From positions 32,001-96,000 of IMG/VR virus record IMGVR_UViG_3300022555_002641: 64,000 nt of DNA; one strand, written 5' to 3'. The first letter of the stretch is position 1; each line of letters starts with the position of its first letter. A model generated the notes under the pieces. It worked only from the letters and a program-made list of their open reading frames with translations, had not been told where the DNA came from and ran no database searches. A program made the translations under genes and the position numbers. The DNA is from a virus. Shown in pieces: positions 29,672-38,809 of the stretch.

Positions 29672-31621
29672 TTAAATTTGTATTTTTAATTGAACTGATA
29701 TATCTCCGCCAGCCATCGTATTTCCAACTTGATCTACATCTATTGATAAAATATCCCCTTCTACAAGTGAAGTTGTATCAAAATTTGATTGAGTTCCATA
29801 AGTTTGCCCACTTAAAATTTTTAATCTATTGGATTGTGTAATATTCCATATACTCACACCATTTATATTTATATCAAAAATATCGTCCGTTCCTTGTGGG
29901 CCAGTTCCAGAACTAACATATGCTTTCAATATTGTTCCTATATACGGAACTATTACTCTTGTTTTATTAGTTCCAGTTGTTAGTGCTGTACCTACTGCTA
30001 ATAAAAACGTAATATTAGATATACCTAAACCTGAACTACCTGAAGTTCCTGATGATCCAGAATTACCATCTATCCCAGATGTTCCTGAAGACCCTGATGA
30101 CCCAGAATTACCATCTATCCCAGATGTTCCTGAAGACCCAGATGTTCCTGAAGACCCAGATGTACCATCGATTCCTGATGTTCCTGAAGACCCTGATGAC
30201 CCAGAATTACCATCTATCCCAGATGTTCCTGAAGACCCAGATGTTCCTGAAGACCCAGATGTACCATCGATTCCTGATGTTCCTGAACTTCCAGATGATC
30301 CTGATATACCGTCAATTCCTGAACTTCCCGAACTTCCTGATCCTCCATCAGTCCCAGAACTTCCAGAACTTCCTGAACTTCCTGTTCCTCCATCAGTTCC
30401 AGAACTTCCTGAGCTCCCTGAACTTCCTGACCCATCAGTCCCAGAACTACCTGAACTTCCTGAGCTTCCTGTTCCACCATCAACCCCAGAACTACCTGAT
30501 GTGCCATCAGTTCCTGAACTGCCTGATGAACCTGAACTACCGTCAACACCTGATGAACCTGAACTACCAGAACTTCCTGAACTACCAGAACTTCCTGATG
30601 TGCCATCAGTTCCTGAACTGCCTGATGATCCTGAACTACCTGAAATTCCAGCACTTCCTGATGTGCCATCAGTTCCTGAACTGCCTGATGAACCTGAACT
30701 ACCTGAAATTCCAGAACTACCTGATGTGCCATCAGTTCCTGAACTGCCTGATGATCCTGAACTACCTGAAATTCCAGAACTACCTGATGTGCCATCAGTT
30801 CCTGAACTGCCTGATGAACCTGAACTACCAGAACTTCCTGATCCATCTGTCCCTGAGCTTCCTGAACTACCTGATGACCCATCGGTTCCAGAACTACCTG
30901 ATGATCCTGAAGAACCAGCTCCACCATCAGCACCAGAAGAACCAGAAGAACCAGAACTACCTGAAGACCCAGTTCCGCCATCGGTACCCGAAGAACCAGA
31001 ACTACCTGATGAACCAGTTCTACCATCAGTGCCTGATGACCCAGATGACCCTGAAGAACCATCTGTACCTGATATTCCAGAAGAACCTGATGTACCATCA
31101 CTACCCGATACTCCTGAAGACCCAGATGTACCATCACTCCCTGATATTCCTGATGACCCAGATGTACCATCACTACCTGAGCTTCCATCAACACCAGATG
31201 TTCCTGAAGTTCCAAAATTTGCGCCATCAACCCCTGAAGAACCTGACGTACCAGAAGTTCCAGAAGTGCTTGTCTTTCCACTATAATTCCAATCTTTATC
31301 GGGGGAAAACAGAATTGTTGTTGCCCCACTTGTTATAATACCTGTAGTAATTGTATATTTACCAATACCCAAACCAATAGCAACGGCAGTATAATCAGCA
31401 TCAGTATTTGGAGTTCGACCACCTTGAGTGTTTCCAGTATAATCAAAAGTAAAATAAATTGAAGTCCTTCCAGACACATATCCAGTAATTGGATTCCCAT
31501 CAGAATCTTGAATTAAGATAGCATTATTGGTTCCAAAAGAATTTGTAAAATAAATCCAATATTTAGATTGCTGATCATTAGCAAGATAATTGTTAAATAA
31601 TATATTACCAGTAGACATCAA
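29672..31621 (-). CDS. Gly/Ser-repeat (G-x-x) fibre-like virion protein
   Basis: About 410-aa (GSS/GTS/GTD) triplet repeat between globular N- and C-terminal domains; TATATA box upstream. Confidence 0.8.
   Translation of the reverse strand: MMSTGNILFNNYLANDQQSKYWIYFTNSFGTNNAILIQDSDGNPITGYVSGRTSIYFTFDYTGNTQGGRTPNTDADYTAVAIGLGIGKYTITTGIITSGATTILFSPDKDWNYSGKTSTSGTSGTSGSSGVDGANFGTSGTSGVDGSSGSDGTSGSSGISGSDGTSGSSGVSGSDGTSGSSGISGTDGSSGSSGSSGTDGRTGSSGSSGSSGTDGGTGSSGSSGSSGSSGADGGAGSSGSSGSSGTDGSSGSSGSSGTDGSGSSGSSGSSGSSGTDGTSGSSGISGSSGSSGSSGTDGTSGSSGISGSSGSSGSSGTDGTSGSAGISGSSGSSGSSGTDGTSGSSGSSGSSGSSGSSGVDGSSGSSGSSGTDGTSGSSGVDGGTGSSGSSGSSGTDGSGSSGSSGSSGTDGGTGSSGSSGSSGTDGGSGSSGSSGIDGISGSSGSSGTSGIDGTSGSSGTSGSSGTSGIDGNSGSSGSSGTSGIDGTSGSSGTSGSSGTSGIDGNSGSSGSSGTSGIDGNSGSSGTSGSSGLGISNITFLLAVGTALTTGTNKTRVIVPYIGTILKAYVSSGTGPQGTDDIFDININGVSIWNITQSNRLKILSGQTYGTQSNFDTTSLVEGDILSIDVDQVGNTMAGGDISVQLKIQI
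30030..31270 (-). repeat. low-complexity 9-bp-period coding repeat
   Basis: cctgaacta/cctgatg-type units, including longer perfect internal duplications. Confidence 0.95.
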
Positions 31622-31736
31622 AAAAGTCGTTTTTTCAATGACTATATATAATTTACTAACAGTCAGAATTTAATTGGTTGGTAAAAAAAATTTTTGATGG
31701 AAAATATTAATATATACTAAAAAATAATATCATCGT

Positions 31737-32231
31737 ATGGAATTCTTCAATAATAAAGAAAACGAAAATCTGAAATTTAAAATAAATAGCGAAGGTATCG
31801 ACACAGAAAAAGTTGAGCCAAGACTTATATTAACAACAAAAGAAAATAAGAATTACTTATTCTTCGGGGAAATTCACAATGGTGTTTGTAAATTTAATAT
31901 TCCAGAATTGGGACTATATGAAAAAGGAGAGCAGGGAAAGATTAGATTTGAAATTATATCCGAAGATTTGTATTTCCCAGTATGGCAAGATACTTTTGAA
32001 ATTAAATCAAAAGCTTCAATTAAGATAGAAGAAATGATTTCTGAAATTAACAAAGAAACAATTAAAACAAAGGCTAAAATATCTTCTGAAATTATCAGGG
32101 ATATTAAACCAGAACCAAAAAAAGAAGCACCAGTATTTGAAAAATTAAAAGATACAAAACCAGAAATAAAAACTGTAGCAAAACAAGATTTAAAATCCGA
32201 TAATAAAATAAAAGGATTTGAAGATTTCTAA
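31737..32231 (+). CDS. hypothetical protein ending in KIKGFEDF
   Basis: AATATATA box upstream. Confidence 0.7.
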   Translation: MEFFNNKENENLKFKINSEGIDTEKVEPRLILTTKENKNYLFFGEIHNGVCKFNIPELGLYEKGEQGKIRFEIISEDLYFPVWQDTFEIKSKASIKIEEMISEINKETIKTKAKISSEIIRDIKPEPKKEAPVFEKLKDTKPEIKTVAKQDLKSDNKIKGFEDF

Positions 32232-32334
32232 ATATAATCGTAAAAACATCATTATTAAATTAGGGCAATAAAATGCCCTTTTTTATTTCTGAAAAAAGAG
32301 ACTTCAATTTATTTATATATACATATAAAACAAT

Positions 32335-32505
32335 ATGAAACTGCAAAAAACATTTACGATTGATGAAAAAATTTCCAAACTCTTTGACGAATTAGCAAAG
32401 AAGAATTCAATAAACAAATCATTATTTGTTGAAAATTCCATGTTGGAATATATTCAATATGAAAAATTGAATATTGATAAAAAAATATCATATGATAATG
32501 AATGA
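32335..32505 (+). CDS. 56-aa ribbon-helix-helix protein (not in ORF track)
   Basis: Manual translation MKLQKTFTIDEKISKLFDELAKKNSINKSLFVENSMLEYIQYEKLNIDKKISYDNE*; overlaps the endonuclease start. Confidence 0.65.
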   Translation: MKLQKTFTIDEKISKLFDELAKKNSINKSLFVENSMLEYIQYEKLNIDKKISYDNE

Positions 32506-33292
32506 ATATTATGTTTATATTTATTTAGACCCTCGAAAAAAAGGAAAATTTATATATGGTGATTTAGAATTTGAATATGAACCTTTTTATGTTGGGAAGG
32601 GAAAAGGTGATAGAATTTATAGGCATTTGCATTTATATAAAAGTGATTATACAAATGAATATAAATATAATAAAATAAGAAAAATAAAATTAGAAAATTT
32701 AGAACCAGTAGTTATAAAAATTTTCGATAATTTAGATGAAAAAAACGCATTTAAAAAAGAAAACGAAACAATTTTAAAAATTGGAAGATTGAAAAACGGA
32801 CCATTAATAAATTTTAGTGATGGTGGGGAAGGTCAAAGTGGTTATAAACATCGTGAAGAAGATAAAAAGAAAATCGGAGAACGTGTAAAAAATTCAGAAA
32901 AATGGCAAATCGCAATAAAAAGTGATGAACATAAAAAGAATTTAAGCAAATCTTTAATGGGGCACGAGGGACATGTATTTATCCATAGTGATAAAGCTAA
33001 AGAAAAAATAAGAATTGCTCAATCTGGAAATAATAATTCATTTTATAAAAAAACTCACACAAAAACTCTTAAAAATAAATGGAGTAGTGAGCGAAAAGGA
33101 AATAATAACCAGAATTCAGTATTATATGAAATTAAATCCCCAATTGGCGATATACTGAAATTTAAAGGTATGAACGAAATAAAAGATTATACCAGTAAAA
33201 CTAAATTGTTTAGTCCTACCAGTATAATCAAATATGGAATTTCTAAAGGATATCAAATAATATCCAAAATCAAATTAAACAAGATTTTTTAA
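32498..33292 (+). CDS. GIY-YIG homing endonuclease with NUMOD3-type repeats
   Basis: YYVYIY...FYVGKG, N-x-S-D-G-G-E-G, HREEDKKKI / HSDKAKEKI repeats. Confidence 0.85.
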   Translation: MNEYYVYIYLDPRKKGKFIYGDLEFEYEPFYVGKGKGDRIYRHLHLYKSDYTNEYKYNKIRKIKLENLEPVVIKIFDNLDEKNAFKKENETILKIGRLKNGPLINFSDGGEGQSGYKHREEDKKKIGERVKNSEKWQIAIKSDEHKKNLSKSLMGHEGHVFIHSDKAKEKIRIAQSGNNNSFYKKTHTKTLKNKWSSERKGNNNQNSVLYEIKSPIGDILKFKGMNEIKDYTSKTKLFSPTSIIKYGISKGYQIISKIKLNKIF

Positions 33293-34171
33293 TTTCAATG
33301 CTCTTAATAATCTCGTTAAACCGCAACCACATCCATACCTATTAATCATAGTTAAATTCAAGAACTCTTCTAATTCTTTTTCAACCCTATCTTTACCAAA
33401 TTCATTATAAAGTAATTTAGCATACATTCCATCTGATATTGTATGAAAACTATTTCTCATTTGAACTACATCCACAGACCTTTCAGCCGATCCAAATGTT
33501 TCTTGACCGCAAATTATAAAATCACATTTATTGAATATTTTTTCATTGGTTAAATTACTATATCCATTGTTTTTCATATTAAAAAACGGGGAAGTTCTCT
33601 CAGGAAAATTTATAATTCCAACAACATCCCCATACTCTTTCCATAATCTGGTTTCTTGATCAGATTCTAAATAGTTAACTCCATATTTAATACATAATTC
33701 ATCATATGTAAATATAGGAATATTATCAACAGAATCAATAAATCCCATATATACTGCTAATTCACTAAGAGTATTTATGAGGTCTGAAAATATTCCTTTG
33801 TGCTCAAATTCCCACATGGGGAACGTTAAATCGTGTCTGCCTGGTATAGGGGCTGGCTCATCACGATATGATGCGGTTAGACAAAAAAGTCCATCCAATT
33901 TATCAGCATACATCATTAATTCTTTTTCCAAATGCATTTGTGAAGTTTGGGGAAGGGGCCAAATATCACCATCAAAATTAAAACTCCTAACTGTTTTTGG
34001 GTCTTCACACGCAGCTAAGATACTTAGCCGTGATTGTGGAAATGTTTCTAAATAACCTTTTTCAATAAAAAACCCTCTCAACTTTGATATCATTTTGTTA
34101 AAGTCTTGAGGGTCAATGATTTTCTGTTCGTAAACTCGTTTGTTCATGGGCATTTTTTTTTTAGAAGGCAA
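33275..34171 (-). CDS. class II aminoacyl-tRNA synthetase catalytic-domain protein (AsnRS/asparagine synthetase-like, no anticodon domain)
   Basis: LPQTSQMHLE, motif 2 SYRDE...GRH...FPMWEFE, ETFGSAER, motif 3 GCGCGLTRL. Start position uncertain. Confidence 0.75.
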   Translation of the reverse strand: MPSKKKMPMNKRVYEQKIIDPQDFNKMISKLRGFFIEKGYLETFPQSRLSILAACEDPKTVRSFNFDGDIWPLPQTSQMHLEKELMMYADKLDGLFCLTASYRDEPAPIPGRHDLTFPMWEFEHKGIFSDLINTLSELAVYMGFIDSVDNIPIFTYDELCIKYGVNYLESDQETRLWKEYGDVVGIINFPERTSPFFNMKNNGYSNLTNEKIFNKCDFIICGQETFGSAERSVDVVQMRNSFHTISDGMYAKLLYNEFGKDRVEKELEEFLNLTMINRYGCGCGLTRLLRALKLKNLV

Positions 34172-34220
34172 TACCTTCCAAAAAATGCACTTAAAAATTA
34201 AACTTCACTATATATTAAAA

Positions 34221-34883
34221 TTATAAATCAAATCTTTGTTGAATCTTTACTTTTTTAAATTCTTTTACAATTTCTGGAAATAATCTTTGAAATTTTATAA
34301 AAAACATAAATCTACTATCGGTTGCATATTCTACAAAATCCCAAACGTTCATACCATTCATATCTTTGTAATATGGATCACCACCAGCATTATAAATTAT
34401 CTTAAATGCTTCTAAAGCATTATCTTCGTTACTTTGCCTTATATCCTGAAATACTAATATTAATGGAGTTGCCCCGCCTTTAGTTTTAGAATTTGGATTT
34501 GCTCCAGCGTCAATAAGTAATTTTGCTATAATAGGATTTTTATTCACTGCCGATTGATGTAATGGGGTACAATTAAATTGATCGCCCTTATTTACATCCG
34601 CCCCGTTATTTATTAAAAATTTAGCTAAACTATCTAATTCAGATTTACACGCTTTAAGTAGTGCTGATTCGGATGGGGAATCCAAATCACAAACATCATC
34701 TATTAATTGAGGGTTTTTTTTTAATAATCTTTTCATTTGACTGAACACATAAGATTCCCCTCCAATACCTGATACTTCCCCAGCTCGTCCACTTATAATT
34801 AAGTTAACCAATCTTGACCATAATTGCTCAGGGGTTTCACCTTCTCGGTTAAAAGATTCGAATATATTAAAATTATAAATCAA
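34221..34883 (-). CDS. ankyrin-repeat protein
   Basis: ALLKAC...LINNGADVN, TPLHQSA...LIDAGANPN, GATPL. Probable TTG start MIYNFNIFESF; ends KIQQRFDL. Confidence 0.85.
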   Translation of the reverse strand: MIYNFNIFESFNREGETPEQLWSRLVNLIISGRAGEVSGIGGESYVFSQMKRLLKKNPQLIDDVCDLDSPSESALLKACKSELDSLAKFLINNGADVNKGDQFNCTPLHQSAVNKNPIIAKLLIDAGANPNSKTKGGATPLILVFQDIRQSNEDNALEAFKIIYNAGGDPYYKDMNGMNVWDFVEYATDSRFMFFIKFQRLFPEIVKEFKKVKIQQRFDL

Positions 34884-35214
34884 ATCTTTGTTGTATTTTC
34901 TTTTTTTTGTATTCTTTATCAAACTCACGATATAATGCACGTTCTTCCTTTGTCGCCAAATGATAACAACCATTTGTTAAAACTGTGGATGTCGAATCAC
35001 AAAATTTTTTAAAATCGCCATACCATCCACCATCATCAATAACATATCCCTCAAAATCGCACATCCCTGTTGGTGTACTTGCGGTTTCTCGTCTTTTACG
35101 AACTAATTTAGAAAGAGTTATAAATCGATCTGGATACTCAACTCTAAAAATATCCCCACTCCGTATATTACGAACTGAATTTATAATTCTTTCAAATGTT
35201 TTAATATATTTCAT
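34873..35214 (-). CDS. hypothetical protein, N-terminal MKYIKTFE and C-terminal KIQQRFDL
   Basis: TATATA box upstream at about 35221. Confidence 0.75.
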   Translation of the reverse strand: MKYIKTFERIINSVRNIRSGDIFRVEYPDRFITLSKLVRKRRETASTPTGMCDFEGYVIDDGGWYGDFKKFCDSTSTVLTNGCYHLATKEERALYREFDKEYKKKKIQQRFDL

Positions 35215-35282
35215 ATAAGGTATATATTTTATAAACTTATTGATTTTTTTTATCTAAAAATGAAAAACTAAAATTATTTATT

Positions 35283-36485
35283 ATGGTAGATGTTGTTATA
35301 GATTTACAGTTCGGGGATTGTGGTAAAGGTCGTATAGTCGATTGGTTATCACCAGATTATGAGATTATTGCAAGATTTAATGGCGGTCCTAACTCTGGGC
35401 ATGTTGTAAAATTCAATGGTAAGGAATATTCCTTACATCTTATCCCATCTGGAATATTTGAAGGTAAGCGATGTGCTTTGGGTAATGGTGTAGTTATTGA
35501 TCCAATATCTTTTAAAAAAGAAGTTGAAATGCTGGAAGCTGATGGTATTGAAGCTAAGGTTAATTTGTGTATATCAAAATATGCTCATATTATTACTCCA
35601 CAGCATATTGTTGAAGATGCTGAAATTGAAAAACGACTTAATATTGGAACAACCCTTAAAGGTATCGGTCCTGCTTACACCTCTAAGTTTCGCAGGGATG
35701 GAATTCGTATTTGCGACATCACTGATGACCTAATTCAAAGTTTCGCTGGATACCCAGAATTTCAGGATGGGTTAAGATATATTGTAGATAATATTGCTAT
35801 AGCCAGTTTAGAAAGATTACTTAATTCACCATACACGCCAATTTTGGCAGAAGGTGCTCAAGGCACATTACTTGATGTAGACTTCGGAACATATCCATAT
35901 GTTAGTAGTTCAAATAGTACAATTGGTGGGGTATGCACTGGACTTGGAGTTTCTCCAAAGAATATTGATAAGGTTTATGGGGTATTCAAAGCATATATGA
36001 CTCGTGTAGGCGGAGGACCATTTATAACCGAAATAGACGATGAAGATGGTGAAAAGATCAGAAGCATCGGTAATGAGTTTGGATCAACCACAGGTCGTGC
36101 AAGGCGTTGCGGGTGGCTGGATTTACCAGCATTAGAATATGCTTGTATCATCAATGGTGTAACAGATTTGATAATGACAAAGGTTGATGTACTTAATGGG
36201 TTTGAAAAAGTAAAAATTTGCGTTGGGTATGCATTGGAAAATGATGCAGATTTTGATCCTGATTATGATGATGAGAATAATGTGTATACATACGATCCAA
36301 CTATTCATAAAGAAAATCCAACCCCAATATATAGCGAATTTCTTGGCTGGGAAGAGTCTACATCTGAAAATGAAAATCTTGAAACATTCATATCATTCAT
36401 TGAAAGAAAAATCGGTGTGAAAATTAAGTTTGTATCTTATGGGAAAGATAGAAATGATATGTTCGAAAGGATATTTGAAAAATAA
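35283..36485 (+). CDS. purA: adenylosuccinate synthetase
   Basis: QFGDCGKG, GGPNSGH, EGAQG, GTYPYVSSS, TTGRARRCGWLD. Confidence 0.95.
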   Translation: MVDVVIDLQFGDCGKGRIVDWLSPDYEIIARFNGGPNSGHVVKFNGKEYSLHLIPSGIFEGKRCALGNGVVIDPISFKKEVEMLEADGIEAKVNLCISKYAHIITPQHIVEDAEIEKRLNIGTTLKGIGPAYTSKFRRDGIRICDITDDLIQSFAGYPEFQDGLRYIVDNIAIASLERLLNSPYTPILAEGAQGTLLDVDFGTYPYVSSSNSTIGGVCTGLGVSPKNIDKVYGVFKAYMTRVGGGPFITEIDDEDGEKIRSIGNEFGSTTGRARRCGWLDLPALEYACIINGVTDLIMTKVDVLNGFEKVKICVGYALENDADFDPDYDDENNVYTYDPTIHKENPTPIYSEFLGWEESTSENENLETFISFIERKIGVKIKFVSYGKDRNDMFERIFEK

Positions 36486-36494
36486 TTAAATGGT

Positions 36495-37382
36495 TTGATA
36501 TTAGAAGCAAAAGATTTTGAAAATCCTTTCTTTCAAGTGCTTACAACTTCAAATGATATTATTGAAGTTGCCTATATGGACTTGGAAGAAAGGAATAATT
36601 TTAGTCCAATGACTTATCCACAAGAACTTGCTATTACTACAAAAAATAAATATTTTGAATTAAAAGAAATAACAGTATCTAAATCAACGGATTTAAAAAA
36701 TCAATTAAAAAGATTTCTTTTAGAAGAAGCTATAAGTAAAGCTTCGATGCTTGGATTGAAGCCGTATAGTGTTAATTCTTATAAGTTAGATATTTTAATG
36801 GATGAAATGCCAACTAAATCGAATAATCAATTTGGCAAAGAATCAAAAATGCATTTACATTATGAACATATGATGGGTAAAATCAACGGAGCATCTAATG
36901 TTATTGCTATGAATTCTCGTATTGGACCTGCACAATATATGATAATAAACAGTAACACTTATAAATTTTTATATCCATATTTTAGTACGTGCCCTGAATC
37001 ATTTTCAAGAAAGGGGGATAGAGAGTATGTTTTTAGAACTGGTAACCACCCATTTGGTGATTTACCAGTTTATATACACGATAGTATGAAGGATGATCTT
37101 ATTTTGCTTGGACGAAAAGGTCAACCACAAGATGGTGGAATTAAAATCGCATTCCAAGATAATGGTCAAACTTTTACACCAGAAATTAGTTTATCGACAA
37201 TATGGCGAGATCAACAAGTGGATAAGAGAATAAATTGTGTCGATAACAACTCATATGTTAAATTAAAATATTCTATAGTTGAGGTTGGAAGCAATTTGCA
37301 TAATTTCTATTATACTATTTATCTTGATCGTGGGTTAGTTGCAAAAAGAAAGGCTAAATTAAATAGATTATCTACATTATAA
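36495..37382 (+). CDS. hypothetical protein with gp23 capsid-like segment and C-terminal RxxKLxxL motif
   Basis: KINGASNVIAMNSRIGPAQYMII resembles gp23 ANxIAxxxxRGxGNF; ends KRKAKLNRLSTL. Confidence 0.55.
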   Translation: MILEAKDFENPFFQVLTTSNDIIEVAYMDLEERNNFSPMTYPQELAITTKNKYFELKEITVSKSTDLKNQLKRFLLEEAISKASMLGLKPYSVNSYKLDILMDEMPTKSNNQFGKESKMHLHYEHMMGKINGASNVIAMNSRIGPAQYMIINSNTYKFLYPYFSTCPESFSRKGDREYVFRTGNHPFGDLPVYIHDSMKDDLILLGRKGQPQDGGIKIAFQDNGQTFTPEISLSTIWRDQQVDKRINCVDNNSYVKLKYSIVEVGSNLHNFYYTIYLDRGLVAKRKAKLNRLSTL

Positions 37383-37569
37383 TTTTTTTTATCAATTTTT
37401 TGTGTTACATTTGTGCTTTGATTGTAAATATCGTTTATTTGTCGAACTTAATTTAAATTAACCATGAAACACTGCCACGATCCCCCCAGTTAAGATTATA
37501 AAAAATATAATAATGATATAAGAAGCCAAAAAAGCAAATCAGGTATTTAGATATATAAAATGAAGAATG

Positions 37570-37601
37570 AAAACCCCCGCCTACGTGCGGGGGTTTTTTT
37601 T
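37570..37601 (+). terminator. intrinsic terminator
   Basis: AAAACCCCCGC-CTACGT-GCGGGGGTTTT followed by a T-run. Confidence 0.85.
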
Positions 37602-37636
37602 ATTAAAAATTTTGATTATATTTGCAAAAATATAAT

Positions 37637-38140
37637 ATGTCATTAACACCATTTCCATCCGTGTCACGACCAGAAAAACGAATCCCAATTGTAATGAAGC
37701 ACATTGATTGGGCAGATTTCATAAACGAATTAGGTTTTACTTTATCTGAAGAAGAAAAGGATAAAATAGTATTGAATTGCCAAATACGATATAATGATAT
37801 TTTTACTAAATGGAAGGAATCACCAGATTTAAGATTGACTCAGGTGCTTGCCACATTGGAAATAGTCCCCAATTTTGCGGGTGGTTGGTTCTATATTGAA
37901 GAATCTGACTATATGGTCAGAAAAAACTTTATTAAGCCAGAAGAAATTTTATTCTGGGGATCATATGGAAAAAGTGGAAAACTTGAAGATTTTCATTGGG
38001 TGCTTATTAATGATATGGAAACTAAACATATTGAAAATTGCCTTTCTACACAAAAAAATATGAAACCTGTTTACAGGCAAGCAATGACCAATGTTTTGCG
38101 AAAAAGAAAAATAGCACATCTTAATGACAGCGAGGACTAA
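37637..38140 (+). CDS. hypothetical protein with C-terminal RKRKIAHL
   Basis: RPEKRIP, WKESPDLRLTQVL, WGSYGKSG...DMETKHIENCL. Confidence 0.7.
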   Translation: MSLTPFPSVSRPEKRIPIVMKHIDWADFINELGFTLSEEEKDKIVLNCQIRYNDIFTKWKESPDLRLTQVLATLEIVPNFAGGWFYIEESDYMVRKNFIKPEEILFWGSYGKSGKLEDFHWVLINDMETKHIENCLSTQKNMKPVYRQAMTNVLRKRKIAHLNDSED

Positions 38141-38179
38141 GTTAAAAATAATCCTTATGCTTATATTAGATTTTATTGC

Positions 38180-38584
38180 ATGAAAAGAAAAAAGCCAAAT
38201 AAGATTAAAATTCCAACCACTATTTTTTATTTCGAAAATAAAAATTTATTGGTACCAATTCTTATCGGCAATAAATATACCCCAATTCGATTTTTACCAT
38301 TATCTAATTTGGAAAAATTAAAATCACACAAGAGACTTCAAGTATTCTACCATAAAGGGTTTTTATGCGCAAGCGGTTGTGGTAAAATCGGTAAATATCT
38401 TATAGAAGCACAAGAAGCTAACGGTAGAAAACATATTGATTTATATACCGAAGATTTTGAATTAATGACTGTTGATCATATAAAACCGAAATCAAAAGGT
38501 GGAACAAACGAATTAGATAATTACCAGCCTATGTGTCTAACTTGTAACCAAAAGAAAAAGGATATTTATCACGGCTCAGAATAA
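38180..38584 (+). CDS. HNH endonuclease
   Basis: MTVDHIKPKSKGG...NYQPMCLTCNQKK. Confidence 0.9.
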   Translation: MKRKKPNKIKIPTTIFYFENKNLLVPILIGNKYTPIRFLPLSNLEKLKSHKRLQVFYHKGFLCASGCGKIGKYLIEAQEANGRKHIDLYTEDFELMTVDHIKPKSKGGTNELDNYQPMCLTCNQKKKDIYHGSE

Positions 38585-38779
38585 TGATGACTTCTTTTGA
38601 ATCTCAAACTTGATATTATTATTTTTCAATATTTTTGCAAGTTGGTTTTGATCCTTCTCATTTATTTCAAGGTACATTCCAAATCTTCCACCTTCCTTGG
38701 GGTGCAAATAAAATATGACATCATTAACGATCACATCGTCAAATACCACATCATTAAAATCTTCATTATTAAATTTCAT
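38576..38779 (-). CDS. hypothetical protein
   Basis: Preceded by an AAACTT-N16-TAAAAT box. Confidence 0.6.
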   Translation of the reverse strand: MKFNNEDFNDVVFDDVIVNDVIFYLHPKEGGRFGMYLEINEKDQNQLAKILKNNNIKFEIQKKSSLF

Positions 38780-38809
38780 ATCTATTTTATATAGAAATGT
38801 CTGAAAAGT

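Noticed and set aside
30030-31270. CRISPR array
   Set aside because: Triplet-periodic coding repeat with no unique spacers; no cas genes seen.
29829-31338. Long ORFs 29829-31286 (+), 30052-31338 (+) and 30214-31329 (-)
   Set aside because: Shadow frames of the Gly/Ser repeat gene.
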